64,000 nt of DNA from Candidatus Methylomirabilota bacterium (lineage in GTDB: Bacteria > Methylomirabilota > Methylomirabilia > Rokubacteriales > CSP1-6), in assembly GCA_035708525.1 (NCBI GenBank), contig DASSSH010000026.1, positions 478-64,477 of the forward strand. The letters are read 5' to 3'. Under the pieces are notes generated by a model that saw only the letters and a list, made by a program, of their open reading frames with translations, was not told the origin of the DNA and did no database searches. A program made the translations under genes and the position numbers. This document shows positions 6,959 to 15,745 of the stretch, piece after piece. The first letter of the stretch is position 1; the number at the start of each line of letters is the position of its first letter.

Positions 6959-7441
6959 ATGCGACGCGGACTGATCGCGGCAGTCCTCTTGGGCCTGGGC
7001 GCGACCGTGAGCTGGGCCGCGACGCCGGCCCCGACCTTCATCTTGCCCCTCATCCAGGGCGGTAAGGTGTTCGATTCCAAAGCCGAGATCGGCAGGCGGG
7101 TCCTGGTTGTCCGCTTCCAGGCCTCCTGGTGACCCACCTGCGTGCAGGAGTCTCCTGCATTCGAGAAAGCCTACCGGAAGTACAAGACGCGTGGCGTCGA
7201 GTTCGTGGGCGTCCAGGTGCAGGACGAGGAGGCTGACGCCCGGCGGTTCCTCAAGGCTCACCAGGCGACCTATCCCGCAGGGCTCGATCCCGATCTGGCT
7301 ATCGCCAAGCGCTTCGGCTACACAGCGACGCCTCTGACCGTCATCATTGACCGTCAGGGCAACATCGCCGCGCGCCAGTTCGGGCCGGCGGACGACACCT
7401 GGATCGCCGCCCACCTCGCCCCGTTGCTCAAGCCCAAGTAG
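6959..7441 (+). CDS. TlpA-like periplasmic thiol:disulfide oxidoreductase, selenocysteine-containing (UGA 7130-7132 read as Sec)
   Basis: AAAGGAGG RBS, then the signal peptide MRRGLIAAVLLGLGATVSWA. The junction reads RVLVVRFQASW-[TGA]-PTC-VQESPAFEKAYRKYKTRGVEFVGVQVQD. ORFs 6905..7132 and 7142..7441 are in the same frame. Confidence 0.8.
7142..7160 (+). promoter_or_regulatory. putative bacterial SECIS hairpin for UGA 7130
   Basis: UGCAGG-AGUCU-CCUGCA at 7143-7159. The loop A at 7149 lies 19 nt from the U of UGA. Confidence 0.6.
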
Positions 7442-7513
7442 GGACTACGGCTTCAGCACGATCTTCATCGGGCGGTCGGTCGGTTCCAATTCGACCCCGC
7501 AACCAAGGCATCC

Positions 7514-7553
7514 AAGGGGTGAGCGAGGTGATCGCTAACCCCTTCGTGTTTTC
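7514..7553 (+). terminator. intrinsic terminator-like hairpin after the TlpA-like gene
   Basis: AAGGGGUGAGCGA-GGUGA-UCGCUAACCCCUU followed by CGUGUUUU. It lies in the gap between convergent genes. Confidence 0.5.
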
Positions 7554-7606
7554 TCCTGCCAGTTTGCCCCAAACCTTCCCGGATTGTCCGCCTGTCGAGC
7601 TGACCC

Positions 7607-8545
7607 TTATCCCGTGGAGTCTCGAATGGACGGCAGGACCTCGTGGGCGAAGCGCTCGATCTGCTCCAGCCGTTGTGGCCAGCGCGGCACCATGAATTGA
7701 AGCGCGATGTGCTCCACCCCGATCCTGCGATAGGCGGTGAGCGCCTTGACGAGCTGGGTCGAATCGCCGATCAATCGGTCCTCTTCCTGGGGCACGGGCT
7801 CCCGCGTGAGCTCGATGGGGAGACAACACGCCAGGCTGATCTGGCCGGGGTCTCTGCCTTGCTTGACCGCCCAGCTCCGCACGTTGTCGAACCGGGCGGC
7901 CAGCTCGCGCGGCGTGATCCGGACGAAGTAGGGAAACCACGCGTCTCCATACACGGCCGCCCGACGCTGGGCTCGCGCCCCTTCGCCGCCCACCCAGATC
8001 GGGATCCGGGGCCTCTGAAAGGGCTTCGGCGAAAAGCCGATCTCCTGAAAGCGGTAGTACCGGCCGTCGAACCGGGGCCGTTCTTCGGTCCAGACCCGGT
8101 TCACGACGTCGAGCTGTTCATCGGCGACGGCGCCACGGTCCGTGAACGGAGCCCCGAGCGCGCTGAACTCCTCGAGCATCCAGCCGACGCCCACCCCCAG
8201 GATCAAGCGCCCGAGTGAGAGGTGGTCGATCGTGGCGGCGATCTTGGCCCAGTAGAGAGGATGGCGATACGGCATGACCAGGACGCTCATCCCGAGCAGA
8301 ACCCGTCGCGTGCAGCCCGCCAGGAAGGCGAGACAGGTCAGCGCCTCCAGGAACGGAACATCAGGGGGAACGATGAAGCGCTGGTCCGCGCTGTACGGGT
8401 AGGGGGTCTTGATCTCCCACGGCGTGACGATCCGATCGGCGGCCCACACCGAGTCAAAGCCCAGGGCTTCGGCCCGATTCGCCGCCTCCGTGAGGACGCC
8501 GCTCGCGGCTCTGCCCGAGATCGGGAGAAAGACACCGACCTTCAT
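7607..8545 (-). CDS. LLM-class (luciferase-like) F420/flavin-dependent oxidoreductase
   Basis: MKVGVFLP..., LGFDSVWAADR, LGRLILGVGVGW, RPRIPIWVGG. Confidence 0.9.
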   Translation of the reverse strand: MKVGVFLPISGRAASGVLTEAANRAEALGFDSVWAADRIVTPWEIKTPYPYSADQRFIVPPDVPFLEALTCLAFLAGCTRRVLLGMSVLVMPYRHPLYWAKIAATIDHLSLGRLILGVGVGWMLEEFSALGAPFTDRGAVADEQLDVVNRVWTEERPRFDGRYYRFQEIGFSPKPFQRPRIPIWVGGEGARAQRRAAVYGDAWFPYFVRITPRELAARFDNVRSWAVKQGRDPGQISLACCLPIELTREPVPQEEDRLIGDSTQLVKALTAYRRIGVEHIALQFMVPRWPQRLEQIERFAHEVLPSIRDSTG

Positions 8546-8549
8546 TGGC

Positions 8550-9092
8550 CTAGACCGAGCTGACGCGGCGGGCGACGAACTCCACGTTGAGACGCCACGT
8601 GGCTCCACCATCGGCGGACACCTCACCCCGCCAGCGAAACGATTTCGGCGCCATCTCGGAGAAGCTCCATCGGATCAGACTCCCGTCGGGGCCGTTCCCT
8701 TCCTGGACGATGTCTTCACCCCGCTTGCGGCCGATCATCGTGAAGTACGTCTGCGATGCCGGATCCGTCCACTGGATGTGCCACGCGTCGATTCGTGGAT
8801 CGTAGACGCGCAACGTCGTGCCATAGTAGGCGCTGCTGGCCGCGGGATCCCCCTCGCGCTTTGCGCTGCGCGCCGGGACGATCCAGACATCCTGGATGGC
8901 GCGGCCTTCGAGCACCCATCCGAAGTGCCATTCGCCGGAGCTGCGACGCTTCGAGCCATCTTCCAGGTATCCGGTCACGTCGAGCTCCCAGGAGCCCACC
9001 AGCCAGCCGTAGAGGTCCATCTTGCCGGCGCGGTCTGCTGCCGGGCCGTTGGCGTGAAGAACGCCGAGAAATGGAGACGAGGGTGCGATCAT
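8550..9092 (-). CDS. hypothetical protein (DUF1579-like beta-barrel)
   Basis: AAGGAGG RBS. Motifs LVGSWELDVTGYLEDG...GEWHFGWVLEGRAIQDVW. The gene lies 4 nt upstream of the LLM gene. Confidence 0.7.
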   Translation of the reverse strand: MIAPSSPFLGVLHANGPAADRAGKMDLYGWLVGSWELDVTGYLEDGSKRRSSGEWHFGWVLEGRAIQDVWIVPARSAKREGDPAASSAYYGTTLRVYDPRIDAWHIQWTDPASQTYFTMIGRKRGEDIVQEGNGPDGSLIRWSFSEMAPKSFRWRGEVSADGGATWRLNVEFVARRVSSV

Positions 9093-9693
9093 GTGCCACC
9101 TCCTTCTGCTGGTCGCGCAGGCCCGGGTCCCAGCCCCGCTTCATGACGCCGTCATGACGCGGCGGCATCGTAGCACGTCGCGCGGCCGCCACTCTTGGTT
9201 CCGCTATCCCATGAAACACCGGATCCGGTGATTCGTGAAGACGGGGTCCGGCTGACCCCGGCGCCAGCGCTGAGGGTTGGGCCGCGGAGCTGCCGTCCGC
9301 GATAGAGACGGCGCCTGTGACCTGGGCGGCGCCGGCACGGAAGTGGAAGGTCGCCGGCGCCGCCCTTCGTTAACCGCAGCAGCCAGCCTTGGCGGGCTCA
9401 GGGGAGGGGCGGCGGCGCGGGCCGAGCATGCGGTCTGCCGCCTGAGGATCAGGCGCGCCGGGGTTTCCTTCACCTTCTCGGCGACCGTTAGGGCCGCGCG
9501 GAGCTGATCCTCCGTCGTCCCTTGTGTTCGAACGACCGTGACCGTCTCGGCGCCCTATGCCGCAGCAGCCGCGCCCGCCCGCGGCCAGCAGATAGAGGGC
9601 CATCATCCCCACGCAGACCAGCAGCAGTTGTCCACCGCTCATCAAGATCAAAACTGCGAGTGCAGATTACAAACAACCGCGTGATGGGTCTCC

Positions 9694-10020
9694 TTAGACG
9701 ACCGGCGCTCCATTCGGCACCGGGCGGTTGACCGTCAGGAGAGCGACCGCGTCGGCCTGTTCGCAGCCGACGCCCAGGAGCATGCCCTGGGATTCGATCC
9801 CCCGGATTCGAGCCGGGGCCAGATTCGCCACGACCACGACCTTCAACCCGTGGAGCTCGTCCGGTCGGTAGCTCTGCCCGAGCCCGCCGACGACGGTTCG
9901 CCGATCTCCTCCAAGGTCCACCGTGAGCCGAAGCAGCCGGTCGGACCCAGGGACGGATTCAGCAGCAAGCACCTCGCCGATCCGCAGTTCGATCCGCTTG
10001 AACTCGTCCAAAGAAATCAT
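9694..10020 (-). CDS. tRNA-binding domain protein (CsaA/EMAP-like)
   Basis: MISLDEFKRIELRIGEVLAAESVPGSDRLLRLTVDLGG..RTVVGGL...Y.PDEL.G.KVVVVANLAPARIRGIESQGMLL. Confidence 0.8.
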   Translation of the reverse strand: MISLDEFKRIELRIGEVLAAESVPGSDRLLRLTVDLGGDRRTVVGGLGQSYRPDELHGLKVVVVANLAPARIRGIESQGMLLGVGCEQADAVALLTVNRPVPNGAPVV

Positions 10021-10777
10021 CCGCCTGGCCTCCCGTCTCGCTCGGTCTGAACACCGGGATCCGTTTCGCGAGGAGCGCGTCGATCCCCTCTCGCCAGTCC
10101 GCCTTGCCCCAGACGCTCTCGAAGCATCCCACCTCATCCCTGCCCGCGAGCGCACACTTCGCGGCTCGAAGGGCCGCGGCTGACAGCGCGGCCGTTTCCC
10201 GGCCTCGCCCCATTACCTCTCCCAAGAGGCGCTCGGAGGACACAACCTGGGTCACGAGCCCCATGTCCAGGGCGCGGCTCGCATCGACCCTCCGGCCGGT
10301 CAGGAGCAACTCCGCCGCGTTGGCCCGACCGACGAGATCGACGAGGCGGCTGATGAGCCCCCAGCCGGGGATGAAGCCGTATCCGACCTCCGGGAGCCGA
10401 AAGGCCGCGTTTTCTGACGCGATCCGAAGGTCGCACGCGAGCGCGAGGGTGAGCCCGTCGCCGATGACGTGGCCATTGATGGCGGCGATGGTCGGCTTGG
10501 ATAGCCGCGCGATCCGGTCGAAGACCTCGCGGCCCGCCCGACTGACCGCTTCAGCGTCATGGATCCCGCGCCAGTAGCCGAGGTCGCCCCCCGAGCAAAA
10601 GATGCCGTCGATTCCGCTCATGAGAACAAGCGCGCGAGCGCCGGCGTCCGCCTCGACGTCTCGGGCGATCGCCGCCAACTGCAACAGGGCGTCGCGGTCG
10701 AGGGCGTTGATGGGGGGACGGGTGAGGGTGACGAGGGCGATCGGCCCCTCTTGCCGACGGACGAATGCCTGGCTCAT
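9959..10777 (-). CDS. enoyl-CoA hydratase/isomerase family protein
   Basis: ALVLMSGIDGIFCSGGDL, KPTIAAINGHVIGDGLTLALACDLRIA, FRLPEVGYGFIPGWG. The 3' end overlaps the CsaA-like gene by 62 nt. Confidence 0.85.
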   Translation of the reverse strand: MSQAFVRRQEGPIALVTLTRPPINALDRDALLQLAAIARDVEADAGARALVLMSGIDGIFCSGGDLGYWRGIHDAEAVSRAGREVFDRIARLSKPTIAAINGHVIGDGLTLALACDLRIASENAAFRLPEVGYGFIPGWGLISRLVDLVGRANAAELLLTGRRVDASRALDMGLVTQVVSSERLLGEVMGRGRETAALSAAALRAAKCALAGRDEVGCFESVWGKADWREGIDALLAKRIPVFRPSETGGQADDFFGRVQADRTADRRGACC

Positions 10778-10973
10778 GGCGGTGTCCTCCCGACTCCCGC
10801 GAGGGGGTCTCCGCGCGTCATGCCGCACTCCTCGGGTCCCTTCAGTAGTGGTAGAAGTGCCGCGGCTCGGCAGATTTCATATTTCCATAGATATCAAACT
10901 ATAGACAGGCTGTCAAGCGAATCGTTTCTGCCCGGCGGGCCCCGCCCTCGAAGGCGAGGGGAGACGACTGGGT

Positions 10974-12155
10974 CTACAGCGCCGCGTAGACTCGATCGAT
11001 GAGCTGGCGCACGTGCTTGTGCTGCCAGCCTTCCCGGCCCTGGTTCATGGCGTAGGCGAAGGCGACGCGCGCGTCGGGATCGGCGAACCCGAGCGAGCCG
11101 CCGGCGCCGAAGTGCCCGAACGAGCGCGGGTTCGGCCCGAGTGGCCGCTCCCGCATGGTGAGCTGGAATCCCAGCCCGAAGCGCGTCGGCCGCTGGAGGA
11201 CGAGGTCCTCTTCGTACACCTGCTCAGTGATCGCCAGCTCGAGGATCGCGGGGGAGAGAATGTGGATCCCGTCCAGCTCGCCGTCGGTCGCCAGCGCCGA
11301 ATAGAGCCGTGCGACCGCTCGCGCGTTGCCGTGGCCGTTGGTGGACGGCACCTCGGCCGCGCGCCACTCGCGCGTGTTGACGATGCCCTGTCCTGAGAGA
11401 TCTGGCGGGTTCCGATAGGCGCCCGCGCGCATGCGCGACAGGCCGGTGAATGCTGCCAGGTCGCCCTCGAGCAGCAGCCTCCGCTGCTCCCCCTCCGGCC
11501 CCGGCACGGCCGGGATCAGGTCAGCGCAACGCGGGTCGAGCTCCGGGCCAAACCCGATGAAGAAGTCGATGCCGGCCGGGCCGGCGATCTCCTCCCGCAG
11601 ATAGGCGCCGAGGCTCTTGCCGGTGACCCTTCGGACCACCTCGCCGATGAGGAACCCGTAGGTATTGACGTGGTAGCCGTGCCCCTCGCCCGGCTTCCAC
11701 CACGGCTCCTGGCTGGCGAGGGCCTCCGTCATGACTTCCCACTCGAGCACCGCGCCCTTCGGCAGCTCGCGGAAGACCGCGGGCAACCCCGCCTGGTGGG
11801 TCAAGAGATAGCGAACGGGGAGATGCTTCTTCCCGGCCTGAGCGAACTCGGGCCAGTACCATGAGACGGGCGCGTCGAGGTCGAGCAGGCCGCGCTCCAC
11901 GAGCTGGAGCGCGCAGACGGCGGTGATGGCCTTCCCCACGGAATAGAGGTTGACGAGGGTGTGCTCGTCCCACGGGCGCGTCCTGGCTCGATCCGTGTGG
12001 CCGGCCCACAGGTCGACGACCGATTGCTTGCCCACATAGACCGCGAGCGCAGCACCCACCTCGCGCCCGGTGTCGATGCTGTCGGCGAGGGCCGCTCGCA
12101 GCGACTCGAACGCGGGCTCGCAGCGTCCGTGAACCTCGGCCGCCTCGGCCTTCAT
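10974..12155 (-). CDS. serine hydrolase (class C beta-lactamase/esterase family)
   Basis: SxxK motif in LYSVGKAITAVCALQLVERG, with family-typical length and motifs. Confidence 0.9.
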   Translation of the reverse strand: MKAEAAEVHGRCEPAFESLRAALADSIDTGREVGAALAVYVGKQSVVDLWAGHTDRARTRPWDEHTLVNLYSVGKAITAVCALQLVERGLLDLDAPVSWYWPEFAQAGKKHLPVRYLLTHQAGLPAVFRELPKGAVLEWEVMTEALASQEPWWKPGEGHGYHVNTYGFLIGEVVRRVTGKSLGAYLREEIAGPAGIDFFIGFGPELDPRCADLIPAVPGPEGEQRRLLLEGDLAAFTGLSRMRAGAYRNPPDLSGQGIVNTREWRAAEVPSTNGHGNARAVARLYSALATDGELDGIHILSPAILELAITEQVYEEDLVLQRPTRFGLGFQLTMRERPLGPNPRSFGHFGAGGSLGFADPDARVAFAYAMNQGREGWQHKHVRQLIDRVYAAL

Positions 12156-12298
12156 GGGCGACGGCTTCTCATCGTTGCGTGCGTTCTCCGCCCGCTTCGC
12201 CCGGCCGCCTCCGGGTCGTCCCCATTGATAGGAGCAGCCTAGCAGACGTTGTCGCCAGCGGCTGACCTATCGTTCGCGCCCGGTCTGGGCGCGGCGGC

Positions 12299-12895
12299 TC
12301 AGGACAGCCGTGTTCTGATCTTCTTGATCAAGTCGCGGTACGAGGAGGTCTTGATCACGCCTTCGAACTGCGTGCGGTAGTTGGCCACCAGGCTGACGCT
12401 CTCGATCACCACGTCGTGGATCATCCAGCGGGCGCCCTGCCGGGCCATGCGATAGTCCACCATCACTTCCTGGCCGGGCCTGAGGGTGACGCGGGTGCGC
12501 ACCATGGCCGCGTCGTCGTCCGTGGCCTCACCGACGTAGGCGACGTTCTCGGCGCCGTACCGCTCGATCTTTCCGATGTACGCACGCTCCAGGAGATCGC
12601 GGAACAGGGCGACGAACTCCGCCTGCTCTGCGGCCGTGCGCTCTTCCCAGTGCCGCCCCAGGGCCTGCCGGGCCATCTCGGGCCAGTCGAAGATACCGTC
12701 CGTGATCGTCCGGATGGCCTGACGGCGCTCGGCGGTCCGGGACTCGGGCTGCAGGGACGGGTTCTCGATCGTCGCGATGACCCGGGCGATCTCGGACTTG
12801 AGCTGCTCCGTCGCGGGCCCGGCCGCTGCGCCGGCCGTCGTGCCCAGCACGAGCGACGCCACCAGCGCGCTCCCGATGACGAATCGATTCCGCAT
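12299..12895 (-). CDS. MlaC/Ttg2D-family phospholipid-binding periplasmic protein
   Basis: Signal peptide, then FD...MARQALGRHW...T..EQ.EF..LF..LLERAY and SLVANYRTQF. Confidence 0.8.
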   Translation of the reverse strand: MRNRFVIGSALVASLVLGTTAGAAAGPATEQLKSEIARVIATIENPSLQPESRTAERRQAIRTITDGIFDWPEMARQALGRHWEERTAAEQAEFVALFRDLLERAYIGKIERYGAENVAYVGEATDDDAAMVRTRVTLRPGQEVMVDYRMARQGARWMIHDVVIESVSLVANYRTQFEGVIKTSSYRDLIKKIRTRLS

Positions 12896-13140
12896 GCGTT
12901 CTCCTCGGTTTGGGTGGATTGAACGGGCCCCCTGAGGGCGCCGGGACCCGACATAAGAAGAGCCCCGCGAGTGCCGGGGCTCCGTGGTCTTCCTGAAGCC
13001 GCACTCGAGTATACATGCGATCTCCGCCGGGCGCCAGGGATCGCCGCGGGAGCCCTTGCGCGGATCGGCGTACCTGCTAGACTCGCGGCCACGGCGGGAG
13101 GGCGGGCCGAGCGGTCATCGCAGGAGCCGGGAGGACGATC

Positions 13141-14196
13141 ATGGGCGAGCGGCTGGGGGTGTCACACGTCTACGTCGGCGCCGCGAGGTTCACGGCTACG
13201 GCCGTCGGGGGGATCTTCCGGTGGGCCGTCGGTGACGAACGCTGGGAGCCGCTCGCGAAAGGCCTGCCCGAGCCGGCGAACGTCCAGGCGATCACCGTCC
13301 ACCCGGTAAATCCCGACCTCGTATACCTCGGCACTCAGGACGGCCCGTACCGCAGCGTGGACCGCGGCGAGCGCTGGGAGCGCCTCGACTTCCCCCGGGA
13401 GACCGAGGTCTGGTCGATTCTCGTCCATCCGAGCCGCCCGCGCACCCTCTATGCCGGCACGTCGCCCATCGGGGTCTACCGCAGCGAGGATGGCGGCGAC
13501 ACCTGGCGGCGCCTTCCGGCGCGGTCACCGGACCGCGTCCGGATGAGCTTCGCCTGCCGGGTGATGCGGCTCGCCGCCGATCCGGCGCGCCCGGACGAGC
13601 TCTACGCGACGCTCGAGGTCGGCGGCGTGATCCGCAGCCTGGACGGCGGCGAATCGTGGGAGGACATGAGCGCCGACCTCGTCGCGCTGGCCGAGCGGCC
13701 GCATCTCAAGAGCCGGATCCAGAGCGACACCGAGACGGAGGGCATGCTGGACGGCCACGCCCTCTGCGTCAGCGCTGCGGCGCCGGGCGTGGTGTTCCTC
13801 GCCGTGCGGATGGGGCTGTTCCGCAGCGCCGACCGCGGCGCCAGCTGGCAGGACATGGAGATCGGCCGGTTCTCCCCGCTGACCTACGCGCGGGACCTCC
13901 GGGTCTCGCCTCAGGATCCCCGCGTGCTGTACGGGTGCCTCAGCCCTGCGGCGCGCAGCGAGGACGGTTCGCTCTACCGCAGCCTGGACCTCGGCGAGAC
14001 GTGGACGCGCTTCGACCACGGCATCAAGGCCGAGAGCACCATGATGGCCGTCGCCTTGAATCATCGGGATGCGCGCCAGGTCCACTGCGTCAGCCGGACC
14101 GGCCAGGTGTTCAGCACCGAGGACGGCGGCGAGGCGTGGCGTAAGCGCCGGCTGCCCGCGGGCGTCCAGGACGTGTACGCCGTCGCGTGCGGATGA
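13141..14196 (+). CDS. BNR/Ycf48-like beta-propeller repeat protein
   Basis: Repeated S.D.G..W motifs (YRSVDRGERW, YRSEDGGDTW, IRSLDGGESW, FRSADRGASW, YRSLDLGETW, FSTEDGGEAW). Confidence 0.8.
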   Translation: MGERLGVSHVYVGAARFTATAVGGIFRWAVGDERWEPLAKGLPEPANVQAITVHPVNPDLVYLGTQDGPYRSVDRGERWERLDFPRETEVWSILVHPSRPRTLYAGTSPIGVYRSEDGGDTWRRLPARSPDRVRMSFACRVMRLAADPARPDELYATLEVGGVIRSLDGGESWEDMSADLVALAERPHLKSRIQSDTETEGMLDGHALCVSAAAPGVVFLAVRMGLFRSADRGASWQDMEIGRFSPLTYARDLRVSPQDPRVLYGCLSPAARSEDGSLYRSLDLGETWTRFDHGIKAESTMMAVALNHRDARQVHCVSRTGQVFSTEDGGEAWRKRRLPAGVQDVYAVACG

Positions 14197-14248
14197 CGGG
14201 ACGGTCGGGCTCGCGGGACGCTCGCCTCACCCGAAGGGAGGACTGTCC

Positions 14249-14866
14249 ATGATCTACGAGATCCGGACCTACACGCTGAAGCCCCGCAGCCTCGCCGAGG
14301 TGGAGAAGCGGTACGGTGAGGCCTACGAGTACCGGCGGAAGTACTCGCCGCTCGCCGCCTTCTGGCACACGGAGGTCGGCCCGCTCAACGAGATCATCCA
14401 CGTCTGGCCCTACACCGACCTCGCCGAGCGCGCCCGCATTCGCGCGGAGGCGGCCAAGGATCCGAACTGGCCGCCGAAGACCCGCGAGTTCATCGTCCAC
14501 CAGGAGGTGGAGATCGTGACGCCGTTCCCGTTCATCCCGGAGATCACGCCCGGCACGATGGGCCCGATCTTCGAGATCCGGTGCTACAGTCTCCGGCCCG
14601 GCTCGCTGCCGGAGGTGATGAAGCGGTGGGAGGGAAAGATCGCCGAGCGAACGAAGCTGTCGCCGGTCGTGCTGGCCGGCGGCGTGGAGTTCGGCCAGGC
14701 CAACCGGTTCATCCACATCTGGGCGTACAAGAGCATGGACGAGCGGCTGGCCATCCGGAACCAGGCGCGGGCGGCCGGCGTGTGGCCGCCGCCGGGCGGC
14801 GGCGACGAGCTGCTGGCGCAGACGAACAAGATCGTGATGCCCGCCGCCTTCTCGCCGCTGCAGTAG
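14249..14866 (+). CDS. NIPSNAP family protein (two NIPSNAP repeats)
   Basis: GAAGGGAGGA RBS. MIYEIRTYTLKP and a second repeat IFEIRCYSLRPG. IHVWPY / IHIWAY. Confidence 0.85.
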   Translation: MIYEIRTYTLKPRSLAEVEKRYGEAYEYRRKYSPLAAFWHTEVGPLNEIIHVWPYTDLAERARIRAEAAKDPNWPPKTREFIVHQEVEIVTPFPFIPEITPGTMGPIFEIRCYSLRPGSLPEVMKRWEGKIAERTKLSPVVLAGGVEFGQANRFIHIWAYKSMDERLAIRNQARAAGVWPPPGGGDELLAQTNKIVMPAAFSPLQ

Positions 14867-14911
14867 CGCCTCGCGCGCCCCCGTGTGGGGTGGCGGGCTC
14901 GAGGGGCGGGA

Positions 14912-15742
14912 TCAGCCGATGAAGAGGCCGCCGTTCGGCGAGAGCCACTGGCCGGTGTAGAAGGCGCCGTCGTCCGAGGCGAGGAACAGCGCTGTGGCCG
15001 CCACGTCGCGGGGCTCGCCCCAGCGGCCGAGGGGCGTGCGCGCCAGGACGGCGGCGCGCATGAGGGGTGACACCGCCTCGGTCATGGGCGTGTCGATGAA
15101 GCCCGGGCAGATCGCGTTCACGCGGATGCCGCGCGAGCCCACCTCGCGCGCGACCGAGCGGGTGAAGGCGAGAATGCCCCCCTTGGCGGCGCTGTAGTGC
15201 GGGACGCTGTCGAGCCCGGCGAGAGCGGCCACGCTCGACATGTTGATGATGACGCCGCGCTGCGCCCGGCGCATGAGTCGCAGGGCCTCGCGGGTGCAGA
15301 AGAACGTGCCGTTCAAGTGTACCCCGATCATCCGATGCCACGCCTCGTCGGTCATGTTCTCGGTGATGTCCCAGTGGGTCTGGATCCCCTGGCCCGACAT
15401 CAGCTCGCCCAGCCGCGCCTCAGCCTTCCGGCTGATCTCCTCGTGCTCCCCGGCGGCGGTCACCGCGATCCCCGCGTTGTTGACCAGGATGTCGAGCCTG
15501 CCGAACTCGCGCTCGACCTCGGCGAACATCGCCCGGACCTGCCGGCTGTCGGACACATCCGCCCGGATCGCGCGGGCCTGGCACGCGCGCGGGCCCATCG
15601 CCTCCAGCGTCTCCTGCGCGGCCTCGAGCCGGAGATCGTTCACGACGACGCGCGCGCCCTCCGCGGCGAAGAGCAGGGCGATGGCCCGGCCGATTCCCGA
15701 TCCTGCGCCCGTGACGAGGGCCACCCGGTCCAGCAGCTTCAT
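14912..15742 (-). CDS. SDR family oxidoreductase (FabG-like)
   Basis: VALVTGAGSGIGRA, NNAG, and YSAAK catalytic motifs. Confidence 0.9.
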   Translation of the reverse strand: MKLLDRVALVTGAGSGIGRAIALLFAAEGARVVVNDLRLEAAQETLEAMGPRACQARAIRADVSDSRQVRAMFAEVEREFGRLDILVNNAGIAVTAAGEHEEISRKAEARLGELMSGQGIQTHWDITENMTDEAWHRMIGVHLNGTFFCTREALRLMRRAQRGVIINMSSVAALAGLDSVPHYSAAKGGILAFTRSVAREVGSRGIRVNAICPGFIDTPMTEAVSPLMRAAVLARTPLGRWGEPRDVAATALFLASDDGAFYTGQWLSPNGGLFIG

Positions 15743-15745
15743 CGT

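Noticed and set aside
9959-10020. The 62-nt overlap between the enoyl-CoA hydratase 3' end and the CsaA-like gene, as a sign of a frameshift or mis-assembly.
   Set aside because: Both frames keep family-typical sequence up to the overlap. The hydratase tail beyond KRIPVFR looks like a non-conserved extension, so a simple overlap is adequate. I cannot distinguish further without reads.
10945-10960. Short hairpin CCCTCG-AAGG-CGAGGG, 14 nt downstream of the beta-lactamase-family gene, as a terminator.
   Set aside because: It has only 6 bp and no U-tract on the relevant strand, so it is not distinguishable from the chance GC-rich hairpins abundant in this DNA.
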